Below are positions 1 through 13,074 of a stretch of DNA of 64,000 nt, in pieces (position 1 is the first letter of the stretch; each line of letters begins with the position of its first letter). Source of the DNA: an uncultured Spirochaetota bacterium (GTDB lineage: Bacteria; Spirochaetota; UBA4802; UBA5550); assembly GCA_963827275.1 (NCBI GenBank), contig CAWHAA010000002.1, positions 128,001 to 192,000 on the forward strand. The letters are read 5' to 3'. The notes beneath the pieces were generated by a model. The model was not told the origin of the DNA. It did not search any database and saw only the letters and a program-made list of their open reading frames with translations. Both the position numbers and the translations under genes were made by a program.

Positions 1-1
1 A

Positions 2-553
2 AGGATCGGCGCCGTTCTCCGCATCCTTGGCCTCTTCTTCATCGGGCTCATCCCGCATGTTGTGGTGTTTTTCATCTATAACATGCTGTCCCTGATACTC
101 GGCGTTATCAATTATATCGTTGTCATTGCAACAGAAAAGAATGTCGAAGACTTCTCCATGGTCCATGAGAATACGCTCCGGTACCTCCTGTCGATCAGCG
201 CATCGGCCGCCGGCATAATCGAGGAGATGCCGATAGTTGCGGGGCGGGACAACATCGATTATCCCCTCCAGATGCGGATCATCTTCCCGCTCAGATCATC
301 GAGGCTCCTGGCGTTTCTCCGGTTGTCGGGGATCGGCATCGTGCTCCTGCTGCTGCCGCACCTTGTGCTGCTGGGCCTGCTGAGCCTCGTGATACCGCTG
401 TTGTGCCTCGTGGGGCTGCTTTCGGTGCTCGTTACCGGCGGCTGGCCGCACGTGCTGTTTGATTTTATGACGCGCTATTACCGGTATTCCGCACGGGTGC
501 TTGCGTTCGGCATAGGCATTGTTGACGTGTATCCGCGATTTAAATTTGACTGA
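2..553 (+). CDS. DUF4389-like membrane protein, 5'-truncated by the window edge
   Basis: Frame is open from base 2. Two hydrophobic repeats (LIPHVVV / LLPHLVL) and a C-terminal DVYPRF resembling the DUF4389 DxYPPF motif. Confidence 0.6.
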   Translation, partial: RIGAVLRILGLFFIGLIPHVVVFFIYNMLSLILGVINYIVVIATEKNVEDFSMVHENTLRYLLSISASAAGIIEEMPIVAGRDNIDYPLQMRIIFPLRSSRLLAFLRLSGIGIVLLLLPHLVLLGLLSLVIPLLCLVGLLSVLVTGGWPHVLFDFMTRYYRYSARVLAFGIGIVDVYPRFKFD

Positions 554-570
554 GGCACGGGGCGCGGCGC

Positions 571-972
571 CTATGCGCCGCGTACGAGCGTAACCAGCAC
601 GTTCCGTGTCCGGGGCCCGTCAAATTCGCAAAAATATATCCCCTGCCAGGTCCCGAGGGCCAGGCGCCCGTTTTCAATCAAGACCGTCTCCGAGCACCCG
701 ATGAGGGACGATTTCAGGTGCGCCGAAGAATTTCCTTCCGCGTGGCTGAAATCCACCTGCTCAAACTTGAGGTGGCGCAATCCTTTCAGAATATCAGAGC
801 GGACTGACGGGTCCGCGTTTTCATTAATAGTGATCGCCGCCGTGGTGTGCGGCGTGTAAATAACGCAGATCCCGTCCTTCACGGTGCTTTTCCCGACTAG
901 CTTCTCGATCAACCCGGTTATGTCAATCAGCTCGTCGCGGCCGCCGGTCTGCAGCGTCAGGGGTTCAATCAT
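571..972 (-). CDS. yjbQ: YjbQ/UPF0047 family (secondary thiamine-phosphate synthase)
   Basis: Motifs HTTAAITINENADP, HAEGNSSAHLKS, LGTWQGIYFCEFDGPR. Confidence 0.9.
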   Translation of the reverse strand: MIEPLTLQTGGRDELIDITGLIEKLVGKSTVKDGICVIYTPHTTAAITINENADPSVRSDILKGLRHLKFEQVDFSHAEGNSSAHLKSSLIGCSETVLIENGRLALGTWQGIYFCEFDGPRTRNVLVTLVRGA

Positions 973-983
973 GGCCTCCTCCC

Positions 984-1925
984 TTATCCATTCACTAAAA
1001 CATCCATCATCCGCCGGGTGCTCTCCGCGAGCGACCGGAGATTGTAGCCGCCTTCAAGGAACGCGATCACCCTCCCCTTGGAAAAGGTGTCTGCCGCGCC
1101 CATGAGCATTCTGGTGAATTCCCCGAAGGCCCCCGTGCTGAGGCGTATCGCTGAAAGGGGATCGTCGCGGTGCGCGTCGAAGCCGGCCGATATAAGGATG
1201 AGTTCCGGCTCAAACCGTCCGATCGATGGCATGACGAGTGAGCGAAACGCCTCCAGGTACTCTTCGTCGCCGCTCCCCGCGCGCATCGGGATGTTAAGGG
1301 TGTATCCCTTCCCCGCGCCGGAGCCTGTCTCCGAGCCCGCTCCGGTGCCCGGGTAGTGGGGGTACTGGTGCAGGCTGATGTAAAAGACTGAATGGTCCAG
1401 CTCGAAGGCATGCTGGGTGCCGTTGCCGTGGTGCACGTCCCAGTCAACGATCGCGATCCTGCCGGTTTCATACCGGGCCTGAAGGTAATGCGCCGCTATG
1501 GCGATGGTGTTGAATATGCAGAAGCCCGCCGCGGTATCCCACTCCGCGTGGTGCCCCGGCGGCCTGACCGCGCAGAAGCCGTTTGACGCCCTGCCTTCCA
1601 TTATCGCATCACACATGGCAAGGGCGCCGCCGACCGCCTGCAGGGCCACGTCATATGAATCGCGGCTCACCGTCGTGTCCATTGCGTCAAGGCAGGTAAT
1701 GCCGCCGGCGATCTCTTCACGGACGCGCTGAATATATGATTTTGAATGGACAAGCTCCACGTAGTTCATGTCAGGAAGGCGCGGCCTGATCTTCACGAGA
1801 TCGCCGTAATAAGGGGCGGCGGCGATTGCGCCGTTGATAGCGGCCAATCGTTCCGGCGTCTCCGGATGACCCGGGCCGGTACCGTGCTTCATAAAGAGCG
1901 GATCATACAGATACGCTGTGGCCAT
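984..1925 (-). CDS. Histone deacetylase family Zn-dependent amidohydrolase
   Basis: Motifs HPETPERL, RPPGHHA, GFC, DWDVHHGNGTQ, SAGFDAH, LEGGY. Confidence 0.95.
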   Translation of the reverse strand: MATAYLYDPLFMKHGTGPGHPETPERLAAINGAIAAAPYYGDLVKIRPRLPDMNYVELVHSKSYIQRVREEIAGGITCLDAMDTTVSRDSYDVALQAVGGALAMCDAIMEGRASNGFCAVRPPGHHAEWDTAAGFCIFNTIAIAAHYLQARYETGRIAIVDWDVHHGNGTQHAFELDHSVFYISLHQYPHYPGTGAGSETGSGAGKGYTLNIPMRAGSGDEEYLEAFRSLVMPSIGRFEPELILISAGFDAHRDDPLSAIRLSTGAFGEFTRMLMGAADTFSKGRVIAFLEGGYNLRSLAESTRRMMDVLVNG

Positions 1926-1951
1926 AGGCCCTCCGGTATGGATTCACGCGG

Positions 1952-2767
1952 CTATCCCATCGCGACGTCAAGGAACATCATGACCGCGAAACCGAGCATG
2001 GCGCCGACAGTTGACAGGTCGGTGTTCTTATCCTGCTGCGATTCGGGGATCAGCTCTTCCACCACCACGTAGATCATCGCCCCTGCGGCGAACGAAAGCG
2101 CATAGGGAAGGATTGCGGTGGCGACCGTCACCAGGAGCGCGCCGCATATCCCCGCAACCGGTTCGACAAGGCCCGACAGCTGGCCGTACCAGAAGCTTTT
2201 TATCCGTGAAAGGCCGTCGCGCCGCAGCGGTATCGAAACGGCGGCGCCTTCCGGAAAGTTCTGCAGGCCGATGCCGAGGGCCAGGGCGACCGCGCCCGCA
2301 AGGGAGGCGGAAGGGAGGTTGGCGGCGAGCGCGCCAAAGGCGACCCCGACAGCGAGGCCCTCCGGTATGTTGTGAATCGTTATCGCGAGCACCAGCAGGA
2401 CGCTCCGCTGCCATGACGTTTTGATCCCTTCCGCTTCGTCAATGGGCAGGCCGATGTGGAGGTGGGGAAGGACACGGTCGATGCATAAAAGGACGGCGCC
2501 GCCCGTGAGAAACCCGATGACGGCGGGAAGCCACTTCGGCCCGCCGTTCGCGCCGGCCATCTCTATCGCGGGCTCGAGCAATGACCAGAAGCTGGCGGCG
2601 ATCATGACGCCGGCGGCGAACCCGAGCATCGCGTCGAGTATCTTCCGGTTGATGCTTTTGAAAAAGAAGACCATCCCGGCGCCGAGTGCCGTGATCCCCC
2701 AGGTAAAGAGGGTGGCGAACAGCGCGAGGAGGACCGGGTTATAGCTTCGTAATGTCTCCTGCAACAT
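1952..2767 (-). CDS. ZIP family (ZupT/GufA) divalent metal transporter
   Basis: HNIPEG and QNFPEG metal-binding helices, HLH loop, [17 protein letters not shown]. Confidence 0.93.
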   Translation of the reverse strand: MLQETLRSYNPVLLALFATLFTWGITALGAGMVFFFKSINRKILDAMLGFAAGVMIAASFWSLLEPAIEMAGANGGPKWLPAVIGFLTGGAVLLCIDRVLPHLHIGLPIDEAEGIKTSWQRSVLLVLAITIHNIPEGLAVGVAFGALAANLPSASLAGAVALALGIGLQNFPEGAAVSIPLRRDGLSRIKSFWYGQLSGLVEPVAGICGALLVTVATAILPYALSFAAGAMIYVVVEELIPESQQDKNTDLSTVGAMLGFAVMMFLDVAMG

Positions 2768-5458
2768 CTATATCATCTCCCGTTCTTATTTTTTTTACCA
2801 GCCAGATGAGCAGCCTGAAGAGCGTGGTCACGAGTGAGAGCCCCGCTACGATGCACCAGATCCGGTAATCGTAGATGGGGGCGGTTCTGAAGAGGACATT
2901 CAGCGCGGGAACATAGACAATCGCGCAGACCATGAGTATGGTGAATGCCAGAAACGGCTTGATGATGAGGTTCGGCAGCCTGATCTTCTGGATTATGCTC
3001 CCGCTCCGGAGGGTAAAAATATAGACCTGGGGTGAAAGCAGCGTTATCGCGAACGAGGCGGTGCCGGCAACCGTCGCATCGCCGGTCAGCGTTCTGACGG
3101 ATATGTACCCGGCGGAAATGGCGATCCCGAACACAATCCCGTCAGCAATCATGTTAAGCCGGTCCCTGGCGAAAAAAATCGGCTCGGACAATTTTGACGG
3201 CGTGCGCTTCATTATCTCGGGGCCGGCGCCGTCGGTGCTTATGCCCACGGCGGGGAACGCCTCCATGATCACGTTCGACCAGAGCAGCTGGATGGCCAGG
3301 AGGGGCGCGGGGAAACCGAGGATGGGATTCAATAGAATGCCCACGACCTTTCCCAGGTTGTTGGTGATGAGATACTGCACCAGCTTCTTGAGATTGCGGT
3401 ATATGATCCGCCCTTCCCTGATGGCGTGCACGATCGTGGAGAAATTGTCCTCCGTCAGAATCACCTCGGCCGCTTCCTGGGCCACCTGGGAACCGGCCCT
3501 GCCCATGGCGATCCCCACGTCCGCCTTTTTAAGGGCCGGGGCGTCGTTCACGCCGTCCCCCGTCATGGCGACGATGTGGTCCTTTTCCTTCAGCTTGCCG
3601 ACGATCCTGAGCTTGTCGATTGGCGCGACGCGCGAATAGACATGGATATGCTCGACCCGCCGCGAGAACTCCTCTTCGGAGAGGGCCTCCAGTTCCTTTC
3701 CGTCTATTGCCTGGTCCATGCCCGACGCAATGCCGACGCTCTCGGCGATGGAGAACCCGGTCTTTTTGCTGTCTCCGGTTATCATCACCACGCTGATGTT
3801 CGCGTCCTTCGTTTCCCGGATCGTCTGTTTGACTTCATCTTTCGGCGGGTCAAAGATGACCGTTGCGCCGAGAAAGGTAAAGCCGCTGATGTCCGACTTC
3901 ATGACGTCGTGTTTGTCCGCGCTCACGGCTTTTTTCGCGAACCCGATGAGCCTGAAGCCCTTTTCGGAGCGCGTGGCGAGGTCGCCGATAATTTTTTCCT
4001 TTGCCTCGCCGTCCAGCGGCGCGGGACGCTTCCCTTCATAGAGCGAATCGCACGCCGCGATGATTTTTTCAGGCGCCCCCTTCATGACGATGGCTTTCTC
4101 CCCGGCAGCGTCCGCCAGCAGGGCGGCCGAATACATCAGGTCGGACGAAAACGGGACCGCGTGCGCCACCGTGAAGGTATCGAACTGGTGGTGCTTGAAC
4201 CCGGTTATGATCCCCGCCTTGAGAAGCGCGATCTCGGTGGGGTCCCCCATCTCGCGCTCGATGATCCCGTCCTTTTCAACCACCTGCGCGGTCGATGTCT
4301 TGACCGATGTCAGGAATATGTCGTGAAAGATGTCCGACTCGCCCTCCGCAATGCTTTTAAACATGTCCCCGGTGGTTAAAAACGATCCGCCGATATAGTA
4401 TTCCTTGACCGTCATGACATGCTGCGTGATGGTCCCTGTCTTATCAGTGCAGATAAAGTCCACGTTGCCCAGGGTCTCCACCGATGAAAGCTTTTTCACT
4501 ATTATTGAATTTTTCGCGAGCCGCTGCACCGCGAGGGAGAGGGCGATGGTAATTGACGCGGGAAGGCCTTCCGGGAAGACGGCGACCATGACGCTGACCG
4601 CGATCAGGAGGGTGCTGAAGAAAGCCTCCCGTGAAAGATTGTCGATGCCGGTCACCCTGAATACGCTGACCACCATGACGAGGACCGCCGACACGCAGGC
4701 GAGCACCACTAAAAATTTTATCTCGGTAGTGAGCTTCTTCTGGAGGGGGGTCTTCTCCTCCTTCACGGTCTGGAGGTTGTCGGCGATCAGACCCATCTGC
4801 GTGTTGGCCCCGGTTGTGACCGCCAGCGCCCTGCCGTGGCCGTCAAGGACCTTGCTTCCGGCGAAAAGCATGTTTTCCATCTCGTACAGCTTGAGTCCGG
4901 TCCGGTGGATCGTTTCATCCTTTTTCCTGATCGGTTTGCTTTCCCCGGTGAGGAAGGCCTCGTCGATCAGTACATTGTTCGCATGTATGATGCGCGCGTC
5001 CGCCGGGATGACATCGCCCGCCTCGAAGACGATGATGTCGCCCGGCACGATGAACCGCGACGCGATGAGCTCGGTGTTGCCGTTGCGGATCACGCGCGAT
5101 TGCGGTGATATCATTTTTTTCAGCTCTTCGACCGCTTTTTCCGCCTTCCGGTCCTGGACGAGGCCCACCACGGTATTGATGACGATGACCCCGATTATCG
5201 CGATCGCCTCGATGTGGTTGCCGATGATGAAGGAAAAGAGGACGCAAGCAGGAGGATGAGGGACATGGGATCGAGGATCGCCCCCAGTATCTTTTGTATC
5301 AGCGTTTCCTTCTTTTTCTGCGGGATCTCATTGAAGCCGTGCGCGGCGAGCAGGTCCTCGGCCTGGTGGTGCGACAGTCCTTTCGCTGAAGAGCCATGTT
5401 CCTTGTACAGCGCTGCGGGATCGGCGGTGTAGAAATGTTCTATGGTGGTGTTGCTCAT
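2739..5458 (-). CDS. Cation-translocating P-type ATPase (P2-like), with a single-base frameshift near 5240
   Basis: TGES, PEGL, DKTGT, KGAPE and TGDGVND motifs in ORF 2739-5171. The N-terminal domain ([14 protein letters not shown]) lies in ORF 5195-5458. Adding one C gives a continuous [19 protein letters not shown]. Confidence 0.9.
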
Positions 5459-5636
5459 CAGGGCCCCCGTCTTGACGGTAGTGTCTCGGCATGGTTTCTA
5501 CGGCCGTATCATACGGCGTATCAGTCTGATTGCCGCTGTCAAGTGCTTTAATGAAAAAGGCAACGACCGGGGTCGTTGCCTTCAATTGTTTTATGCATCC
5601 CCCGCGCAGCGTTGGATGCAGCTGAACGGTGGTAGA

Positions 5637-6110
5637 TTATTTCTTCACAACTATGAAGGTGACGCGTCTCTGGCATTCGTCATTCATATCGCACCGGCCC
5701 GATTCCATGGTGCCGGCAACGCCCTTGTAGGTGAGCTTCCTGTCGGTGATGCCGCGTTTGCGGAGTTCGGCCCAGACGCCGTACGCGCGCTGGGAACTCA
5801 GCGTGTAATTCAACCCTGACGTAACGCCGGCGATACCGCAGGTGTGGCCGGTGACCTGGAGATTGTAGCCCGCCGGTACCTGGGGCATCACTTCTTTCAC
5901 TACCGGGACGGCGGCAAGGATCATGCCGTTCCAGTCTCTCGACGTCGTGGTTTTCCCTAAATCGTATCCGTCAACGGGCACCCGGGCCATCATCTGATTC
6001 AGCGAATCTATCGCCATGTTTCCAGTCTCTTTTACTTCACCGCTTGAGCATGACAGAGAAATGGCGGCCATTGCCATCAATGCCGCTACCATTACTTTCG
6101 TGGATTTCAT
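5637..6110 (-). CDS. OmpA-family peptidoglycan-associated lipoprotein, Loa22-like
   Basis: Lipobox ISLS-C, OmpA-C core VTGHTC...NYTLSSQRA...QRRVTF, and an IDSLN segment recalling Leptospira Loa22. Confidence 0.75.
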   Translation of the reverse strand: MKSTKVMVAALMAMAAISLSCSSGEVKETGNMAIDSLNQMMARVPVDGYDLGKTTTSRDWNGMILAAVPVVKEVMPQVPAGYNLQVTGHTCGIAGVTSGLNYTLSSQRAYGVWAELRKRGITDRKLTYKGVAGTMESGRCDMNDECQRRVTFIVVKK

Positions 6111-6431
6111 GCGTCTACCTCCTCTATGTTGGTGTTATTTGGATAATTGTATCATCAACAAATTCATGTTTTATTATGTATTTGTCAAGTTTTTAATGTG
6201 CAATTTTAACGTAATCAAGCTTGTATAATTGTACGTGCGGAAAAGATATGTATAGTATACGCCCACGATTTTTTCTTGACAGCATGGCATCCGCATGAGT
6301 TGTCTCGATGCGGATACAAAATTTATTTCTGTTTGATGTTGATCCGCAGACGCTTCTGATCGCATGGCCGTGGTTGAATAATCGCATAGGGTGATGTTGT
6401 GTATCATGCAGAAATTAGGGAGGAGGAGCAT

Positions 6432-8327
6432 ATGGGAGCCTACCAGCAGGCATACGAAGAATCGATGAAACATCCTGACACGTTTTGGGGACGTGCGGCC
6501 GGGGACGTCGTGTGGTATAAGAAATACAGCGCGGTGCTGGATGATTCGCGGAAGCCGTTTTACCGGTGGTTTGTCGACGGGGAGATGAATACCTGTTACA
6601 ATGCCCTTGACTATCATATAGAGCAGGGGCGCGGGGACCAGACCGCCATCATCTATGACAGCCCCGTCACCGGCGTCGTCAGGAAGATATCGTACCGCGA
6701 GTTACGGGACGAGGTCGCGCGGTTTGCCGGCCTTCTGAAATCGCGGGGGATCAAGCAAGGGGACCGGGTCATCGTGTACATGCCGATGATCCCGCAGGCG
6801 GCGGTCGCCATGCTGGCCTGCGCGCGGATCGGCGCGATCCACTCGGTGGTCTTCGGGGGGTTCGCTCCCAACGAGCTCGCGGTCAGGATCGATGACGCCA
6901 AGCCGAAGATCATCGTCTCTGCCTCGTGCGGAATCGAAGGGAAGAAGACCATCGAGTACAAACCGCTCCTTGACAAGGCCATCGAGCTCGCGAAGAACAA
7001 GCCGGAGCATTGCATCATCTACCAGCGGGAGCAGGCGGCCTCGCCGCTTGTCCCCGGACGGGACCTCGACTGGGCGAAGGAAGCGGGTACGGCCGCGCCG
7101 GCCGAGTGCGTCCCGGTGAAATCGACGGACCCCCTCTATATCCTGTACACGTCCGGTACCACCGGACTGCCGAAGGGGGTGGTGCGCGACAACGGCGGCC
7201 ATGCCGTGGCGCTGAAGTGGAGCATGAAGAACATCTACGGCATGAAGCCGGGAGAGGTGTTCTGGGCGGCGTCCGATGTCGGCTGGGTGGTAGGCCATTC
7301 CTACATCGTCTATGCGCCGCTTCTCTACGGCTGCACGACGATCATGTACGAGGGGAAGCCGGTGGGTACGCCCGATCCCGGCGCGTTCTGGCGGGTGATA
7401 CAGGACCATGACGTCAAGGTGCTCTTTACCGCTCCCACGGCGTTCCGCGCCATTAAAAAGGAAGACCCCAATGGCGAGTTGTTCAAGAAGTATGCTCTTC
7501 CCGGATTCAGATATCTGTTCCTCGCCGGTGAGCGTCTTGATCCCGACACCTATCAGTGGGCGTCAAAACTTCTGAATAAGCCGGTGGTGGACCACTGGTG
7601 GCAGACTGAAACGGGCTGGGCCATCGCGGCCAACTGCATGGGGCTCGAGCAGTTCCCGATCAAGGCCGGCTCGCCCACGAAGGCCGTCCCCGGCTACCAG
7701 GTAGATATCATCGACAGCGACGGGAAGAAGCTGCCCCCCGAGACCGAGGGGCTGGTCGCGATACGGCTCCCGCTCCCGCCCGGGACCCTGCCCACCCTCT
7801 GGCAGAACGACGCGAAGTACAGGGAGTCGTACACGGACATGTTTCCCGGGTACTATTTCACCGGCGACGGCGGGTATGTCGATACGGACGGGTACCTGTA
7901 TATCATGGGGCGGGTCGATGATGTCATAAACGTGGCGGGCCACCGGCTCTCCACCGGTACCATGGAAGAGGTTATATCGCAGCACCCGGACGTGGCGGAA
8001 TGCGCGGTCATCGGCGCGGCCGACGATTTCAAGGGCCAGCTCCCGCTGGGATTTGTCGTTCTCAAACAGGGAGTCAAGAAGGACGATGCCGTTATCATCA
8101 AGGAGCTGGTGGAGATGGTGCGTGATCAGATCGGCGCCGTGGCGGTGTTCAAGCAGGCGGTGGTGGTCAAGCGACTCCCGAAGACCAGGTCCGGCAAGAT
8201 ACTCAGGTCGACCATGCGGAAAATAGCGGACGCCCAGGAATTCTCAATCCCCTCCACCATCGATGACCCGGCCATACTGGGTGAGATCGAGAGCGCCATC
8301 AAGACGCTGGGGTATGGGAAAAAATAG
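6432..8327 (+). CDS. prpE: Propionyl-/acetyl-CoA synthetase (PrpE/ACSS3-like)
   Basis: YILYTSGTTGLPKG, DHWWQTETGW, VAGHRLS, LPKTRSGK. GGAGGAG RBS before ATG 6432. Confidence 0.88.
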   Translation: MGAYQQAYEESMKHPDTFWGRAAGDVVWYKKYSAVLDDSRKPFYRWFVDGEMNTCYNALDYHIEQGRGDQTAIIYDSPVTGVVRKISYRELRDEVARFAGLLKSRGIKQGDRVIVYMPMIPQAAVAMLACARIGAIHSVVFGGFAPNELAVRIDDAKPKIIVSASCGIEGKKTIEYKPLLDKAIELAKNKPEHCIIYQREQAASPLVPGRDLDWAKEAGTAAPAECVPVKSTDPLYILYTSGTTGLPKGVVRDNGGHAVALKWSMKNIYGMKPGEVFWAASDVGWVVGHSYIVYAPLLYGCTTIMYEGKPVGTPDPGAFWRVIQDHDVKVLFTAPTAFRAIKKEDPNGELFKKYALPGFRYLFLAGERLDPDTYQWASKLLNKPVVDHWWQTETGWAIAANCMGLEQFPIKAGSPTKAVPGYQVDIIDSDGKKLPPETEGLVAIRLPLPPGTLPTLWQNDAKYRESYTDMFPGYYFTGDGGYVDTDGYLYIMGRVDDVINVAGHRLSTGTMEEVISQHPDVAECAVIGAADDFKGQLPLGFVVLKQGVKKDDAVIIKELVEMVRDQIGAVAVFKQAVVVKRLPKTRSGKILRSTMRKIADAQEFSIPSTIDDPAILGEIESAIKTLGYGKK

Positions 8328-8367
8328 GACGGCCCCGGCAGTTTCTCTGCAACATCTTGATACCAAC

Positions 8368-8404
8368 AAAACCCCCCACGGGATCTTCCCCGCGGGGGGT
8401 TTTT
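8368..8404 (+). terminator. Rho-independent terminator after prpE
   Basis: AAAACCCCCC...GGGGGGTTTTT hairpin with T-tract. Confidence 0.85.
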
Positions 8405-8633
8405 ATTAATGCTACTCATGCGGGCCGTATGCGTTATTCAGTCAAATAGAACTGCAGTCGTCCCGATACTGTTTATTAGGTAATAAATGACGGTAAAATT
8501 GCCATATATCTGAAAACGTCATTGACACGGGCTGTTCTATCGGCGAATTATTAGCTAAACGCGGTGATGATATCTTGGAAATCACCAATGGCGGCTTCGG
8601 GTAATTGCAGTATAATTGCATGAAAGAACCTCA

Positions 8634-10373
8634 ATGATAGCACGATTATTTATCTATGTATACAACAGGACCTCCTACGGGTTTGCCGTCGCGGTCTTTA
8701 CCACGGCCTGGTCGTGGGTGGCGTCGTTCTACGGCTTTTTTTTCGTTCATGCCCTGGTTGGCTTTACCCGGGATGAGATTATCATCATACTGCCCGGATT
8801 AATTATCTGCACGGCGCTGGCGATATTCTTGCACCTTGCCCATTTCGGCATGTTCCACAGGCTGGGAAATTCCGGCTTTTCAAGACCGATCCGGCTCATC
8901 AACAGGTATTTTGACAGGAAGCATATTTTTTTAAATTACCGGACAATTGCAAGCAATGAGATCGAGGAGGTGTACTCGGCCGTCTCTTCCCTCCCCACCC
9001 AAAATTTATTGACCGGCGTGATATACACCTCGGCCGTCATCCTGGTTGTCATCGTGTATATCGCCACCCAGACCAGGGACCAGGAAAAGGTCTTTGCCGT
9101 GATATTCGGCGGCCTGTTCGCGGTGCTGATTATCGGTTATTTCACGTTCCTGCTGACCGAATATTTTTCCGGTCCGTACAAGATGCGCCTCGAGCAGATC
9201 CTTTTCGAACGTTCCATCAAGGTCACGCCGAAGAATTTATTGAGCTTCAACCGGAAAGCGGTCAACATGATGCTGTTGATTCTCTTCAGCATGGTGAATC
9301 TGACCATACTGGTCCGCCGCAGTGAAAAATCAACCCTGGTGATAGGCTTTTTTATCCTTCTCACCCTCGCGACCGTGGGGATGCTGATAGGCCTCATGCT
9401 CAATATCATGCGGTGGTCTTTGCAAACCATCAACCGTTCAACAAAAAAGCTCGCGGCGGGGGGCAGCGGCATGTTTTTCCCGCCCTTCTCGGACAAGGAA
9501 TTCACGACCTTCTCGGTGAATTACAACCATGCCGCGGTGGAAATCAACGAGATCAGGGAAAACCTCGAAAAGAAGATCGCCGAGCGCACCGTGGAGCTGA
9601 GCAAGGCCTATGAGAGATTGAACGGCGCGTACGGCCAGATCCAGGCGGACCTGACCCTCGCGAAGAGGCTGCAGAAGCGGATCATGCCCGAAAACTTCGA
9701 CTCGATCGAGGGACTGGACCTTGTGGTCCATTACTACCCGATGGCCGACATCGGCGGCGACATCTACGATATCGTTGAGCTCTATCCGGGTTACATCAGG
9801 ATTTTTCTTGCCGACGCGATAGGCCACGGCATCCAGGCGGCGCTTATCACCATGATCATCAAGGGCGAGTATGAAAAGGTGAAGACGATAGAGAATGCAA
9901 AGGAGCTCCTGGAATGGCTCAATAAGTCGTTTACCGACTTATATTCAAGCCTCAACGCGTTTTTTTCATGCATCCTGCTCGATATCGATATAAAGAACAA
10001 AAAGATGCGCTATTCTTCCGCCGGGCACCCGGACCAGATCCATATAGCGAACAATTTCATAGAGGTGCTGAAGCACACCGGAAAATTGATAGGAATACAG
10101 CGGGATACCGGCTATGAATGCATTGAGAAGGATATTGATACCCACGATAAAATAATGCTTTACACCGACGGCCTGTTCGAACAGCTCAATGAGAGGGATG
10201 AAGTTTTTACCGAACATGACATCATGGAGCTCGCCAGAAAAATGAAATCGAGGCCGGTGCGCGAGCTTGATGAAATGGTCATCAGCAGCCTGCGCGACTT
10301 CATGGGCGGGAAAGAGGTCATATCGGTCAGGGACGACATCACGCTGATAAGCATTGAAATCAACGGAAAATAA
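8634..10373 (+). CDS. Membrane-anchored PP2C/SpoIIE (RsbU-like) phosphatase
   Basis: Several N-terminal TM helices, a coiled coil, then GGDIYD, ADAIGHG, SAGHP, YTDG, DDIT. Confidence 0.9.
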   Translation: MIARLFIYVYNRTSYGFAVAVFTTAWSWVASFYGFFFVHALVGFTRDEIIIILPGLIICTALAIFLHLAHFGMFHRLGNSGFSRPIRLINRYFDRKHIFLNYRTIASNEIEEVYSAVSSLPTQNLLTGVIYTSAVILVVIVYIATQTRDQEKVFAVIFGGLFAVLIIGYFTFLLTEYFSGPYKMRLEQILFERSIKVTPKNLLSFNRKAVNMMLLILFSMVNLTILVRRSEKSTLVIGFFILLTLATVGMLIGLMLNIMRWSLQTINRSTKKLAAGGSGMFFPPFSDKEFTTFSVNYNHAAVEINEIRENLEKKIAERTVELSKAYERLNGAYGQIQADLTLAKRLQKRIMPENFDSIEGLDLVVHYYPMADIGGDIYDIVELYPGYIRIFLADAIGHGIQAALITMIIKGEYEKVKTIENAKELLEWLNKSFTDLYSSLNAFFSCILLDIDIKNKKMRYSSAGHPDQIHIANNFIEVLKHTGKLIGIQRDTGYECIEKDIDTHDKIMLYTDGLFEQLNERDEVFTEHDIMELARKMKSRPVRELDEMVISSLRDFMGGKEVISVRDDITLISIEINGK

Positions 10374-10453
10374 TATAGCACCGTGCACTGGAACTTCCTG
10401 ATGGCAGCGGCCTCCGGCCAGGAGCGCGTGAACAGAAACGCCCGAGTATTTGC

Positions 10454-12418
<1,965 letters not shown>

Positions 12419-12438
12419 ACGGGGGACGCCCCGGGGGC

Positions 12439-13074
12439 TTAGACCGGCTCTGGCGCGTTGTAGCGGGTGCCGTCGAGCACGAAAAAACCGTACTGGGCGC
12501 GCAGGTTCGGGAACACGCGCGTAAGGTTTGAACTGCCATCGCGAGATACGGAAAAATGGCTCTCCTTCTTAACCGGGTAATTATTTGATGCGCAGAAAAT
12601 CTGGAAGTCCCGGATGGTGAGGAGGTGGATGTTCGGCGTCTCGTACCATTCAAAGGGGAGGAGCATGTTCTTGGGCATCTTCCCTCTGACCAGGAGCTGC
12701 GCCCGGGTCCTCACATGCCCGAAGTTCGGGAAGCTCACGATTGCGTTTTTGCTGATCCGCATCATCTCGTGCAGTACGTAGGCCGGCCGCTTGGTGATCT
12801 GGAGGGTCTGGTTCAGGATAACATAATCAAAGGAGTTATCGCGGTAATCGGCAAGTCCCTCGTCGATGTCGCCCTGGTAGCAGTAGAGGCCCTTCTCCAC
12901 GCACTGGCCCACGCCGTCTTCGGATATCTCCACGCCGTAGGGCACCACCTGCTTCACTACCTGCAGCTCGCGGAGCAGCATGCCGTCGCCGCAGCCGAGG
13001 TCGAGCACGCGTGACCCGGGGGTCACCTCGGCCATGATGATGTCGTACCCGATACGCGCCAGTATATCTGTCAT
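12439..13074 (-). CDS. metW: Methionine biosynthesis protein MetW
   Basis: VLDLGCGDG, VSFPNFGH, WYETPNIH. Overlaps the metX stop. Confidence 0.93.
   Translation of the reverse strand: MTDILARIGYDIIMAEVTPGSRVLDLGCGDGMLLRELQVVKQVVPYGVEISEDGVGQCVEKGLYCYQGDIDEGLADYRDNSFDYVILNQTLQITKRPAYVLHEMMRISKNAIVSFPNFGHVRTRAQLLVRGKMPKNMLLPFEWYETPNIHLLTIRDFQIFCASNNYPVKKESHFSVSRDGSSNLTRVFPNLRAQYGFFVLDGTRYNAPEPV

Noticed and set aside
6289..6315. ATCCGCAT inverted repeat upstream of prpE, with the same 8-mer at 14468, 32485 and 35592
   Set aside because: The 8-mer also occurs inside coding regions (metW, tetR), so there is no evidence for a regulon. The hairpin matches no RNA family I know.
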